Below are positions 43,506 through 54,339 of a DNA stretch of 64,000 nucleotides, in pieces. The stretch is taken from assembly GCA_963777955.1 (NCBI GenBank), contig CAVZSQ010000022.1, positions 352,001-416,000 of the forward strand, read 5' to 3'. Numbering within the stretch: position 1 is the first letter of the stretch; the number at the start of each line of letters is the position of its first letter. The notes under the pieces are model-generated. The model was not told where the DNA came from. It searched no databases and saw nothing but the letters and a program-made list of their open reading frames with translations. The translations under genes and the position numbers were made by a program. Source of the DNA: Calditrichia bacterium. GTDB lineage: Bacteria; Calditrichota; Calditrichia; JAJRVZ01.

Positions 43506-44821
43506 TTTATATCCGTGGTTTTTTCCGTGAATTTTAATCCGGTTCCGGCCAGTTGATCCAGCACCGGATTGTAGATAGCCGGCTGTACCGGTATATGTAC
43601 CCCCGGCATATTTATTTTTCCCTGCAGGATCATCACAGCTGCGATTGCGGCAGGTAAACTTACCGTACGGGACATGGCCGAATCACCATCAGGAATCCCC
43701 TGATCCACCAGCAGGGAAGTGATCAGTTGTTTATTATTTTTAAATTGAGCGATAAAGCGATGATAAAGTACGATCAGGTCTAATTCGTCTTCTTTTAAAA
43801 CCAGTTTCTGCTGCAGCAGGTTACAGAACATATCCATTACATTTTTTTCATCGGGCAAGGGAGTGCTGTCAAACAAACCCAACCAGACAAATCTCTGGAT
43901 GACGGAGTCATACTTTTCCAGGCCAAGGAATTTAGCCGTATCAGCCGGCAGGTCTGCACTGGTTTGAGCGGAGATCAATTTCATGGTCATATCCCGGTAG
44001 GTCAGCTTTTTCAGATCTTCACGGGGTGTATCATCAAATAAACCCAATTCGGAAGCCTTTTTCATGGTGGCACACCAGCCGATATTACGCAGGGTGCCTC
44101 TGAACACCGTCTGCGCATCTTTCAATCCATACAATTCCCGATAGGGTAGTGCATTGCGATTGGTATAAGCTTCGAAAGCACCCACTCCATCGATATCGAT
44201 TATCTCATAGTTTTTAAACAGATCTTTGCTGGGAATGAAAATGACCTTTCCATTGTACAAATATTGGCCGGAATTCCGTCCAGCCATTACTACTCCCCGC
44301 GGGCTCCAGGAAAATTTATAACCGAAAGGGTTGTTATTATGCTGCCTGGCCGGCAGGCCGCCGCAATATGATTGAAAACTGACAATTTTCCCCCCCTGCT
44401 GCTGTACCTGGTGAATAATGCGCATGGCCGACATGTGATCAATACCGGGATCCAGACCGATTTCATTCAGAAAACACAATCCGGCTGATTTGGCAGCCTG
44501 ATCCAGGTCCTGCATCGCTTTACTGACATAGGAAGTGGTGATCAGATGCTTTTTATGTTTCAAACAAAGATTGGCAATTTGGACATGATGAATATAGGGT
44601 ACCAGACTGATGGCTAAATCGCAACCGGCCAGCAGGCGGTCCAGATTTTTTTCGTCATCGACATTCAAAGTTTCCGCGGAAGAATTTGAAAATCCCCGGA
44701 TCAGAGCTTCTGCTTTGCTGACGGTACGTGAAGCTACTTTTACCTGAAAACCACTTTTCAATAAATGGACAACCAGCGGTTTGGAAACCAGGCCGGCGCC
44801 AAGCACTAAAATATTTTTCAT
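43502..44821 (-). CDS. saccharopine dehydrogenase
   Basis: LGAGLVS, EIGLDPGIDHM, SYCGGLP, YKFSWSPRG, RGTLR, SAMSRTV. Confidence 0.94.
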   Translation of the reverse strand: MKNILVLGAGLVSKPLVVHLLKSGFQVKVASRTVSKAEALIRGFSNSSAETLNVDDEKNLDRLLAGCDLAISLVPYIHHVQIANLCLKHKKHLITTSYVSKAMQDLDQAAKSAGLCFLNEIGLDPGIDHMSAMRIIHQVQQQGGKIVSFQSYCGGLPARQHNNNPFGYKFSWSPRGVVMAGRNSGQYLYNGKVIFIPSKDLFKNYEIIDIDGVGAFEAYTNRNALPYRELYGLKDAQTVFRGTLRNIGWCATMKKASELGLFDDTPREDLKKLTYRDMTMKLISAQTSADLPADTAKFLGLEKYDSVIQRFVWLGLFDSTPLPDEKNVMDMFCNLLQQKLVLKEDELDLIVLYHRFIAQFKNNKQLITSLLVDQGIPDGDSAMSRTVSLPAAIAAVMILQGKINMPGVHIPVQPAIYNPVLDQLAGTGLKFTEKTTDIK

Positions 44822-45002
44822 AAAAAAATCTCCCCGGTTTAATAACTCAGGTTAAACCATTTATAAAAAATACGAGTATTTGAAATTAGAATCAAACAAT
44901 ACAAACTATCCGGCTTACTCATATAGCAGGCCGTGATAAATTGTGCAGATAATTGATATTCTGGTCATTTTTTTTTAAGTTAATTAATAAAAATATTCAG
45001 GA

Positions 45003-46040
45003 ATGGAAATGCGTATGAAAAAGAGAATAATCATAATACTGATCGGATTAGGCCTGCTGGCGATTTTCTGTAATAAGGATGTGTACAGATTGAAAAAAGG
45101 AACACCCGCCTATCAACTTGCCCAGAATCTTTCCCAGGTTATTCCGGCCCTTGATCCGACCAAAGATCAATTGGTGATTACCACCAGGTATTTCAATGTT
45201 TATGCTGCCGAGGTAGTCAATGCCCTGCAGGATAATTTTGGTAAACGTACGGAACAATTATCGAAATTGCCGGCTGCCGAATTGAAAAAAGTTATCCTGG
45301 ATAATGGCCGCGGCGTCGCCGAAAATAAGTTGCTGGTACGGGCAGCTGAACAGGCCGGTATCACCGTAGGTCAAACTGAGCAGGATAGCGTATTTAAACT
45401 TCAATGTGATCGGGTCGGGGGAGAAGAACGCTATAAACAACTGCTGCAGCAAAACAACCTTGATCTGGAATTTGTAAAACAGGATTTGCACAAGAGTTTG
45501 CTCATCCAGCATTATTTTAATGAGAAAATTTTAAAAACTGTTCAGGTCACCGAGCAGGATGTACTGCAGGCCTACGAGAATGACTCGCTGCAGGATAAAT
45601 ACGCTACCGTACGGCATATTCTATTGCTGACCCAGGGGAAGAGTGATCCGGAAAAGGCGGCCCAGCGCAAGAGACTTGAAGACATTCGCCAGCGGGCATT
45701 GCAGGGAGAAGATTTTGCCCAGTTAGCTCAAAAGTATACCGAAGATCCCGGTTCACAAAAAAGTGGCGGATTATATAAGAATTTTGAGCGCGGTGACATG
45801 GTCAAGGAATTTGATGAAGCATCCTTTAACCTGCCCATCGGTGAAATCAGTGATATTATAGAAACCCAGTATGGCTACCATATATTGAAAGTGATTGAGC
45901 GTAAAAAGGCAGCCGGACTTTTAAATGAAATGCGCCCGGAAATTCTTAAACGTTTACAGCAGCAAAAGCAGGAAATGGCCTTGCAAACAGAGATTGACAA
46001 ATTAAAAACGGAAGCTGAATATAAGCAAGTTGAGTTTTGA
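45003..46040 (+). CDS. parvulin-type peptidyl-prolyl isomerase (SurA/PrsA-like)
   Basis: VRHILL, FAQLAQKYTEDPGS..GG, MVKEF, ETQYGYHI. Confidence 0.9.
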   Translation: MEMRMKKRIIIILIGLGLLAIFCNKDVYRLKKGTPAYQLAQNLSQVIPALDPTKDQLVITTRYFNVYAAEVVNALQDNFGKRTEQLSKLPAAELKKVILDNGRGVAENKLLVRAAEQAGITVGQTEQDSVFKLQCDRVGGEERYKQLLQQNNLDLEFVKQDLHKSLLIQHYFNEKILKTVQVTEQDVLQAYENDSLQDKYATVRHILLLTQGKSDPEKAAQRKRLEDIRQRALQGEDFAQLAQKYTEDPGSQKSGGLYKNFERGDMVKEFDEASFNLPIGEISDIIETQYGYHILKVIERKKAAGLLNEMRPEILKRLQQQKQEMALQTEIDKLKTEAEYKQVEF

Positions 46041-46047
46041 GAATAAT

Positions 46048-46078
46048 GACCTCCGAGGTTTGCAGAACCTCGGAGGTC
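46048..46078. repeat. REP-like palindrome, copy 3 (solo)
   Basis: gacctccgaggtt-tgcag-aacctcggaggtc. Confidence 0.92.
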
Positions 46079-46084
46079 GACAAT

Positions 46085-47998
46085 TTAATTCTTTTTGAAT
46101 ACAAATTTTGTCTGGTCGTTATGTGCGACCTTTTTAATAAAATCCACATATTCACAATATAATTCCGCCGGAATAGTTTTTACTTTCAATTCATATCTGC
46201 GTGTATAGTTAAAAATACTCTGCTGAAAAGAATAACTGGTAGCGTAGGCAGCAAAGGCTGTCTGTAAATCACACGGTTTGGGCCCGGCTTCCAGTTCATA
46301 TCCGAAAGGCAGCTGCATGGCCACACTATCCAGATTTACATAGGGATAGTCAAATTCAAGTGGAAATTTCCTCGATTTATTCTCGGGCAGAAATACTCCG
46401 GTACGTTGATTAAGAATATTGGGATTGATAAGAATCCTGGAAGCGGTAAATACGCCGGCATTATGGAAGTCAGCTGTGAACATCAGGCGCAGCTGGGGTT
46501 GTTCTGCGGACTTCCATTGATGTACCTGCAAATTACTGATGTCCGGATTTACGGTGAATCTGCCGATAAGTTTATTGAACCATTCTTTAAATTCGGATGG
46601 CTTGGTATTCATATACTGAGCCATCATGTCATGCTTTTCATTACCGGTCAGATCAATCTCAGCCGTGCAGTTGAGAATACCGTTGTAGGGCAGCCTGCCT
46701 TCGATTTTGCTGGTCCATTTATTATCGCTGGATTTACTCTGGAAAGTTGTAACCAGGTCGTTCTGATCGTCTTTTACCAGCAGCACATCGCACCCCTCGA
46801 TTTCCCAGGTTGTCTCCCCGGCCCCAAGGTGGTCGGCAGTTGTTTCCAGCCAGATTGTATCGGTTTCAGCAGGAATACAGGTGATGGCATGATTGAATCG
46901 TTTATCAGGAAAATCTCTGATTACCCGCCCATTCATCCCGGGTCAGGATTATAGCCGGGTATGCGTTGATTCCCGCCTGCCGTAGCATGGCAACCATCAG
47001 GGTACTCAGATCTTTACAATCACCAAAACAATTATTATAGACCGAAGCAGCCGGATGCGGTTGCCATCCGCCAATACCGAGACTTATTGCCACATAGCGG
47101 GTTTTGTTCTGCAGGCAAGCATACAGATTTTCAATGATTTCGTTTCGATTGGTACAGGTGGCAATGATACTGTCTACAGTATTGATTGCTGCCGGAGGGA
47201 GATCATACTTACCCGCCCACAGGTCATTACACCAGCGGGCTATGGTACTCCAGGATGCTGTTGATCCTGAATAGTCATCGATTTTAAAGTTGAGTGCATT
47301 AAACAGCAGAGCTGTCTGAGTGTTATTCTCAACCGGCATTAAATCTTCTTCTATCCGGGCTTTAAGGGTATCCAGTTGCCAGATATACACCTGATTACCG
47401 TCCACGGTCTTCTGTTCAGGCTTCAGGTCAAGGCCGATGGGGTAACATTTATATTCGATCGGGTTTCTGCAGTACCAGTTTATAAATGGATTTTAAGACA
47501 GGAACATCCTCCTGCGGGTCCCAATTGGGCCAGAAAAAAAGACTGCTGTACTCTATTTTCATAATCATATTCCAGCAGGTACGGATAGGTCGAATAATCA
47601 AGTTCAAAGTATGTATATTTTGTATCCTCGTATAAAATGTATCCCGGGGTTAAGGTGGATTCTTTGATTTCTTTTTTGTTCAGCTTTTTTAAAACTTTGC
47701 CGTTAAGGTCTTTGATAAAAGCATGAATCGAATTGATCTCAACAAATTTATTTTCATAAAGAGTTATCCGGCCGAATCTCTCCCCTTCGGCACTGTTGAC
47801 CTGAATGATGCAATGTTTTTTAAAAGTAGCCTGTTGCGCAGATTCAATGATCATTTCATTCTCGTCCAGTATAATCATAGCCGAGCTGTCACTTTTTAAC
47901 TCCCCGGCCTGCAGCAGCGTAACCAGCAGGCAGGAATAAATTAACAGAGTGCAAATGGTGAATGATGAGATTGTGGATCGAATTTTCATTGTGGTCAT
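46085..47998 (-). CDS. DUF3857 + transglutaminase-like protein (several frameshifts)
   Basis: RYVAISLGIGGWQP, GDCKD, FNHAI (catalytic C and H), C-terminal DUF3858-like region; split over 3 ORFs. Confidence 0.8.
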
Positions 47999-48032
47999 GC
48001 TGATTGTCCGTTTTAAGTTGCCGGCAGAGAAC

Positions 48033-49373
48033 TTACTTTATATTAAAAATGATTTGTTTCTGATCAGCGTTTACCATTTCGTTATACACCTGTCGTAGAT
48101 TTTTATATTCCAGTGCCGGATAGGTCTCTTTAGCCAACTTGAATATTCTTTGAATCTCGATTTCATTGTCTATACTCAGGGAAAATAAATTAAAGGAAAT
48201 ACCCTGGAAGGCCATTTTGGCTTTAGGGGGTGCTTCGTTCAGGGAATATCCAACCGGTATTTTTAATTTAATTTTCTCGACGTTATTCATGGTATACGGA
48301 TAATCAACCGGGAAATCGCTTTTTTCCGATTTAAAGGGATTACTTTTCTGTTTGCCGAGATAGGGTGGGGAAAAATAAATCAATTTATCCACCGTTTGGA
48401 AAGTAATCGGGAATGGAAATTTGTCGTATGAAAGGTAAATGGCTGGTACGGATCGTCTAAATTTGAAATGGCCACTGAATCCAGTTGTGCGCCGATAAAC
48501 AGATCATCCAATTTATTCTGCAGATAATCTTTAGCGTCGGGACCGGTAAAATTTGACCGTTCGGCGATGGCTGCATAACCGTTATAGTTCCAATTTGATT
48601 TCAGAATCATTTTTCCGTTTTTTTCCAGAATCACCTCGGAGGCAATTTCGGATCCGCTGGGCAACCGCAGGCTTCGGAATGTTAATCAGTTTTCCTTTTT
48701 CCCGGTCAAACAGGAATCCGTAGGGTACTACAGAATCATCGGGGAGCAGGCCATAGGGACAATATTTTTCCCGGGTGTCCAGTACAATATATTCCTCCCC
48801 TTTACTGACCGCCGCCAGCAGATAATTAAATTGCGTCGTGGTAATAAACTCAGGCCTGAATTTTCCGTTGCTGCGGGTGCTGATCAATATCGGGACAGCC
48901 TGTAATCCGGCATTTTTAAGCAGGTTAATCAGCAGCAAGTTCTTTTCGACAGGATTTCCTTTTTTTGTTTCAAAAACCTGGATCGGCTTTTTAAAATCAG
49001 GACGGTATTTACCGCGATAATCTTCGGTTTCGATTCCCGCGCGGACAAAATCATATAAACTCTTAATTTTGGAAATATCCGTACTATCCGCACGCGTTAA
49101 TTCCACGGTCAAATCCTTTAATCCATCATCCGGATTGAGAAGTTCTTTGTACCATTCTGACATCACTTTGGCCATATCATCCCAGGTTTTGATAAAGGTA
49201 AAACTGAAAGACTCATCCTGATATGCTACCAGTTGAAAATGGATATAAGCCCTATAATCGTCTGGACTAGACATAAAAGGCTCCGGTTTTTCAGCCGGAA
49301 CCTTGCCCCAGTCCTGACCGGAAACACTCGTACAGAGTAATAAGCAGGATAGAATAAAAAATAAGATCTTCAT
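48033..49373 (-). pseudogene. DUF3857-family paralog with an internal deletion and frameshifts
   Basis: Colinear with 50475-52413 (KTWDDMAK, KKGNPVEKNLLL, KYCPYG, SNPFKS) but about 190 aa are missing after WGKV. Confidence 0.7.
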
Positions 49374-49491
49374 TTGTTTCCCTTAATTAATTATATGCTA
49401 TTTTTTTAAATGATATCTAAAGCGATCGAAGAATTAGTTACAGACTTAATATAGATGTTGAGGGTTATATCTCAAATAAAAATTTTTATTT

Positions 49492-49530
49492 TATACACCT
49501 CCGAGGTTTTGAGAACCTCGGAGGTGTATA
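49492..49530. repeat. REP-like palindrome, copy 4 (solo)
   Basis: tatacacctccgaggtt-ttgag-aacctcggaggtgtata. Confidence 0.92.
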
Positions 49531-49640
49531 GATCATTGCTTACTTTGGGAATATAAATTATATTTAAATACATCATTGAATTGTATTGTAGCAGGATTTA
49601 AAAATTCTATAATAATATTTTGAAAGAAGAGAAGTTTAAG

Positions 49641-50408
49641 ATGAATTCTGTACAAAATATTCGGATTGAAAAGTTTCAGATCCGGGCCTATGAAATCGAT
49701 ACGGCCGGCAAACTGTCGGTACCGGCTTTATGCGATTACATGCAGGAGGTTGCCGGCAATCATGCCCGGGCCCTGGGTGTGGGTTTTGAAGCCCTGCTCA
49801 AACAAAACATGATCTGGGTACTATCACGTCTGTTCCTGCAGATCGACACCTTGCCGCGCTGGTCTGAAAACATCAGCATCGAGACCTGGCCGGCGGTAGC
49901 CGATGGAAAATTTGCCCTGCGCGATTTTTTATTTCACACTGCTCAGGATCAGGTTTTTGGCAGGGCCACGACTTCGTGGATGGTGCTGGATATCCAGCAG
50001 CGTAAAGCTATCGCTCTGCCGCAGTCGGTCCACCAGATCCAGAGACCGGCACGGGAACGGGCCTTAGTCGATCCGTTTGCAAAATTACCGGCCCTGGCAA
50101 GGATCGATTGGCAGAAAAACTATCAGGTGTGCCTGAGTGACCTGGATCTGAATTTTCATGTCAATAATGTCAGTTATATCCGCTGGGCGCTGGACGCGAT
50201 TCCATTACCCATCTGGCAAGCGCGGCAACTATACTCGCTGGAGATCAGTTTCCGCGCTGAAAGTCATATCGATGAGATGGTCACCGTTCAGATCGGGCAG
50301 TCCGACGATAAAGGAGAACTTACTTTACAGCAGCGTCTGTTCCGTGAAACGGATCAGCAGGATCTGGCCGTTGTACGTACCCGCTGGAGAACGGTTCGGC
50401 CTGCCTGA
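49641..50408 (+). CDS. acyl-ACP thioesterase (double hotdog)
   Basis: IRAYEID, MQEVAGNHA, WVLSR, DLDLNFHVNNVSY. Confidence 0.9.
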   Translation: MNSVQNIRIEKFQIRAYEIDTAGKLSVPALCDYMQEVAGNHARALGVGFEALLKQNMIWVLSRLFLQIDTLPRWSENISIETWPAVADGKFALRDFLFHTAQDQVFGRATTSWMVLDIQQRKAIALPQSVHQIQRPARERALVDPFAKLPALARIDWQKNYQVCLSDLDLNFHVNNVSYIRWALDAIPLPIWQARQLYSLEISFRAESHIDEMVTVQIGQSDDKGELTLQQRLFRETDQQDLAVVRTRWRTVRPA

Positions 50409-50474
50409 AAGAAGTTACCTTGTGAAATGAATCTTACCATCCCCTGGCTTACCGGTAATCCTTCGGCTGACGGA

Positions 50475-52413
50475 TCATTTTGCATTGAGAATTATCTGCT
50501 TTTGATCGCTGGCGACCATCTCATCATAAAGTTGCCGTAGGTTTTTATATTCCGCGGGCATGAACGATTCGTTATAAATCTTAAAGACTCTTTGCAGTTC
50601 CAGTTCATTTTCTGTGCTGAAGGAAAATAAACTGAACGAAATATTCTGGAAAGCCAGCTTGGATTTAGGGGCTGCTTCGGATAGAGTATATCCGGCAGGT
50701 ATATTAATTTTGATTTTTTCATTGTATGTGACAGGGTAGGGATAATCAACCGGAAAGTATCTCTTCTGGCTTTTAAAGGGATTACTTTTAATTTTGCTTA
50801 AATAGGGCGGGGAAAAATATATCAGTTTGTCGCTGTGCTGAAAATAATCAGGAATTGTAATCTGTATCCAGATTGTCAGAGGTTTGTATATATTATCCAG
50901 ATCGGTAATTAAGAATGAATCAATTTTAGCCCCCACAAAAAGTTCGTCTACTTTTTTCTGTAAATGGTCCTTGTTGCCCGATTCTTTCAAGTTATGCCTC
51001 TCTTCAATTGCTGAATATCCGCTATAGCCCAAATTTGCAGTTAAAATGATTTTACCTTCTGTTTCCAGTTTTACGGCAGAGGTAATTTCGATCTGGTTTT
51101 GTCTTTTGGTATGAGTAATAGTAATGATGGACCCTTTATCTTTATCAACCAGGAATCCCTGGCGGACCAGTGATTGTTCGGGGAGCATTCCGTAAGGACA
51201 ATACTTATCCTGGGCATCTAAAAATATAAGCTTTTCATCCTGTTTAACGGCGGCCAGCAGATGATCAAACTGATTGAGCGTGGCGAAATCAGGTTTTAAT
51301 TTACCATTGTTTCTGCAGCTGATCATTACCGGATGCGTCTGGAATCCGGCATTCTGCAGCAGATTGAGCAGCAGCAAATTCTTTTCTACCGGATTTCCTT
51401 TTTTTGTCTCGTGAACTTTGGATCGGTTTTTTAAAATCTTCACCGAACAATCTGTCTTCATCCTCGGTTTCAATCTGACTGCAGACATAATCATAGATAC
51501 TTTTAATCTTTGTATTGATGCTGCTATCTGCTTTAATTAAAGCAGTGGCCACTTCCTCTAAATCAGCATCGGCAGCAAGGAAATCCTTGTATCGCTCGGT
51601 TATCCTTTTAGCCATATCATCCCAGGTCTTGATATAGGTGTAATTGACATATTGATTTTTGAAGGAAACTAACTGAAAATGAATTTTTGCCAGATAATCT
51701 TCACGGTTAAACATAAATGGTTCTGATTTCAGGGCGGGTACATCGGTCAATTTCCAGGTAAATGTCGACACTTTTTTCTCCCGCTTATTGACATCCATCT
51801 CCTGTCCTTCGGTATATACAGGATTGTAAAGATTCAGGTTTTCCTGGAAGGTCCTGAAATTCAGGCCATCGGTCAGCACTACCTTGACTTCACTCAAATA
51901 GGTATACTCAACATTCTGAAAGTACCATGGTTCGAGGTCATGGATATATTCACTGTGAATTTCGTAACTGTATTCAATGACGGATCCTACTTCAACACCC
52001 GGTATGGCAAATACTTTTACCTTCCAGTCTTCATGCTGCTGGTCATATATTGCCTTTTTATCTAATTTTGTTTTTTGCCCGCTGGTTGAAAAAGATTGAA
52101 CCCGCAAATCCCAGAAGTTATCTTCGTGCCAGTAATAGATTTTTACATCGGCATACTTTTTTCCGTTCTCGGTCAATATTTTCATGCGGTGGTATCGTTT
52201 ATAAATCATGGTCAAGTCGGACGTGGTTATGATCTCGCCTTTATCGAACAGGACAACTGCATCTGCTTCGGGATCTTCTTCAATTGCGGTCATGGTAAGT
52301 TCATCTTTGGAAATTTTACCCCATTCCTGGGTGTAGACATGAGTATCTGCTTCCTGGCCGATAACCGCAGTTACCAGCATCAGACCTGACAAAATAAAAA
52401 ATGAATTTTTCAT
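50475..52413 (-). CDS. DUF3857 + transglutaminase-like domain protein (frameshift near 51415)
   Basis: EDPEADAVVLFDKG, PGVEVGSVIEYSY, VPALKSEPFM; second half in ORF 50475-51494. Confidence 0.82.
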
Positions 52414-52629
52414 TTTATCTTCTCCGGACTATAAAAATTTTTTCTCAGAATGATACGCAGCGTATAAAAGAATTGCTAACGTATTAAATATAGGAGTCGG
52501 TTGCTTGCGCTCAAAGAATTATTTGATTCTTTTACTTTTTTGGCGGTTCAGCTGAGTCTGAATCTTGCAGGTGAATTTTATATATTGCAGAATATTCATT
52601 AAATTAGTCTGTAAATAATCCTACAACCT

Positions 52630-53664
52630 ATGTTATATAGAATACTCAGAAAAATCCTGTTTTTGTTCGACCCGGAATCGATTCATAATCTGGTTTGTTT
52701 TATGTTGCGGATAAAACCGGTCAGTAAATTCATGAAACTGTTATATCATTATGAAAATCCTGCTCTGTCGCGGGAAGTTTTCGGTTTAAAGTTCAAAAAT
52801 CCGCTCGGTATGGCAGCAGGATTTGATAAAGATGCCGAGTTGATCGGGCCACTGGCCGACCTGGGATTTGGCTTTGTGGAAATCGGTACGGCGACACCCC
52901 GTCCGCAAGCGGGCAATAATAGACCACGGCTCTTCCGCCTGGTTCAGGATGAGGCGCTGATCAACCGCATGGGTTTTAATAACCAGGGTGTGCAGAAGAT
53001 CAGCAAAAATCTGGCCGGGGTCGGCAGGACGATTATCGTTGGCGGAAATATCGGGAAAAATAAAGATACTCCTAACGAACGGGCGGTCGATGATTATTTG
53101 CAGTGTTTCGATGCGCTGTATGATCTGGTCGATTACTTCGCAATCAATATCAGTTCCCCTAATACTCCCGGTTTAAGAGAACTGCAGGATAAAGAACCGC
53201 TGCGAAATTTGCTGAAAAGTGTTCAGGCCCAGAATAGAAAAAAACCGGTACCTAAACCTGTCCTGTTGAAGATAGCGCCGGATCTGAGTTGGGAACAACT
53301 GGATGATATAATAGAAATTGTACAGCAAACGGGTATCGCCGGCATTATCGCCACCAATACCACAATTGAACGTCCGGGTTTAGCCACCTCGCCGGAGCGG
53401 ATAAAAAATATTGGTGCTGGAGGATTGAGCGGAAAACCGCTGGCCGACAGATCGACCGAGATCATCCGTTATATTACCACTAAATCCGCCGGCAAAATTG
53501 CCGTGATTGGTGTAGGGGGTATTCATGCCCCGCAGGACGCCCTGGAAAAGTTGCAGGCCGGGGCGGTACTGGTTCAACTCTATACCGGGTTTATTTATGA
53601 AGGACCAGGATTGATAAAACGCATCAAGAAATATTTAGTCTCAGACTATAATACCCATCCATAA
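52630..53664 (+). CDS. pyrD: quinone-dependent dihydroorotate dehydrogenase
   Basis: [35 protein letters not shown]. Confidence 0.96.
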   Translation: MLYRILRKILFLFDPESIHNLVCFMLRIKPVSKFMKLLYHYENPALSREVFGLKFKNPLGMAAGFDKDAELIGPLADLGFGFVEIGTATPRPQAGNNRPRLFRLVQDEALINRMGFNNQGVQKISKNLAGVGRTIIVGGNIGKNKDTPNERAVDDYLQCFDALYDLVDYFAINISSPNTPGLRELQDKEPLRNLLKSVQAQNRKKPVPKPVLLKIAPDLSWEQLDDIIEIVQQTGIAGIIATNTTIERPGLATSPERIKNIGAGGLSGKPLADRSTEIIRYITTKSAGKIAVIGVGGIHAPQDALEKLQAGAVLVQLYTGFIYEGPGLIKRIKKYLVSDYNTHP

Positions 53665-54249
53665 TTGATAAATTCCCAACAGTGCCAGCGCTGCTGCAGA
53701 GGCCAACGGTAGAATCTGTTTTACTTTTGGACCCAGTTGGCGGACGAAGGCAAAGACTAAAATTATTGCTATCGAACTTATGATCAGTGTGGGGTAGAAT
53801 CCTATCAACAAGGCCACTCCATGGGCGGGTGCTTCCCGCCACCCCTTTAAAAGTTGTGGACCCATGACCAGGCTCCAACCCAGATAGGGAGAGGGATTGA
53901 GCAAGTTTACCAGAGTGGCTTGTAACAGGTTAATCGATCCGGTTTGTTGAACAGGCAGTTCTTCAGTTTTAGCTGACAGGTATTTTTTCATGATACTGCA
54001 GGCCAGATAAAGTAGAAAAATACCACCGGCTAGACGAATGCTCCTCTCCAGCCAAATTGGCATTTGGCTTAATATTACCAGCATGAGAAAAATGATAGGT
54101 ATGTCACTGATCAACGGCGCAAAAGTGAGTGGCACAGTCCTGCGCCAGCCATTGTTCAGAGTTTGTGAAATAAGATAAGTTTGAAAAACTCCGGGTTGGG
54201 CAGCGGCGGCAAAACCGAAGGTTATTCCCTGCAGCAGGTAGATCCACAT
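53641..54249 (-). CDS. LysE-family exporter
   Basis: [20 protein letters not shown], about 6 TM segments. Confidence 0.88.
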   Translation of the reverse strand: MWIYLLQGITFGFAAAAQPGVFQTYLISQTLNNGWRRTVPLTFAPLISDIPIIFLMLVILSQMPIWLERSIRLAGGIFLLYLACSIMKKYLSAKTEELPVQQTGSINLLQATLVNLLNPSPYLGWSLVMGPQLLKGWREAPAHGVALLIGFYPTLIISSIAIILVFAFVRQLGPKVKQILPLASAAALALLGIYQLWMGIIV

Positions 54250-54288
54250 TAAATTATCTCTGTTTTAATAACGGTTCGAAAAGATAAA

Positions 54289-54336
54289 AGATTTCTCACC
54301 CGATCCGGCGATAGCCGGACGGGATTCGAAATGACA
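54289..54336 (-). repeat. TGTCATTTCGA...GAGAAATCT-type extragenic palindromic element
   Basis: Minus strand tgtcatttcgaatcccgtccggc-tatc-gccggatcgggtgagaaatct with an internal hairpin; single copy in the window. Confidence 0.5.
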
Positions 54337-54339
54337 TGA

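Noticed and set aside
19903..49530. Palindromic repeats as a CRISPR array
   Set aside because: Copies are dispersed, with no regular spacers and no cas genes
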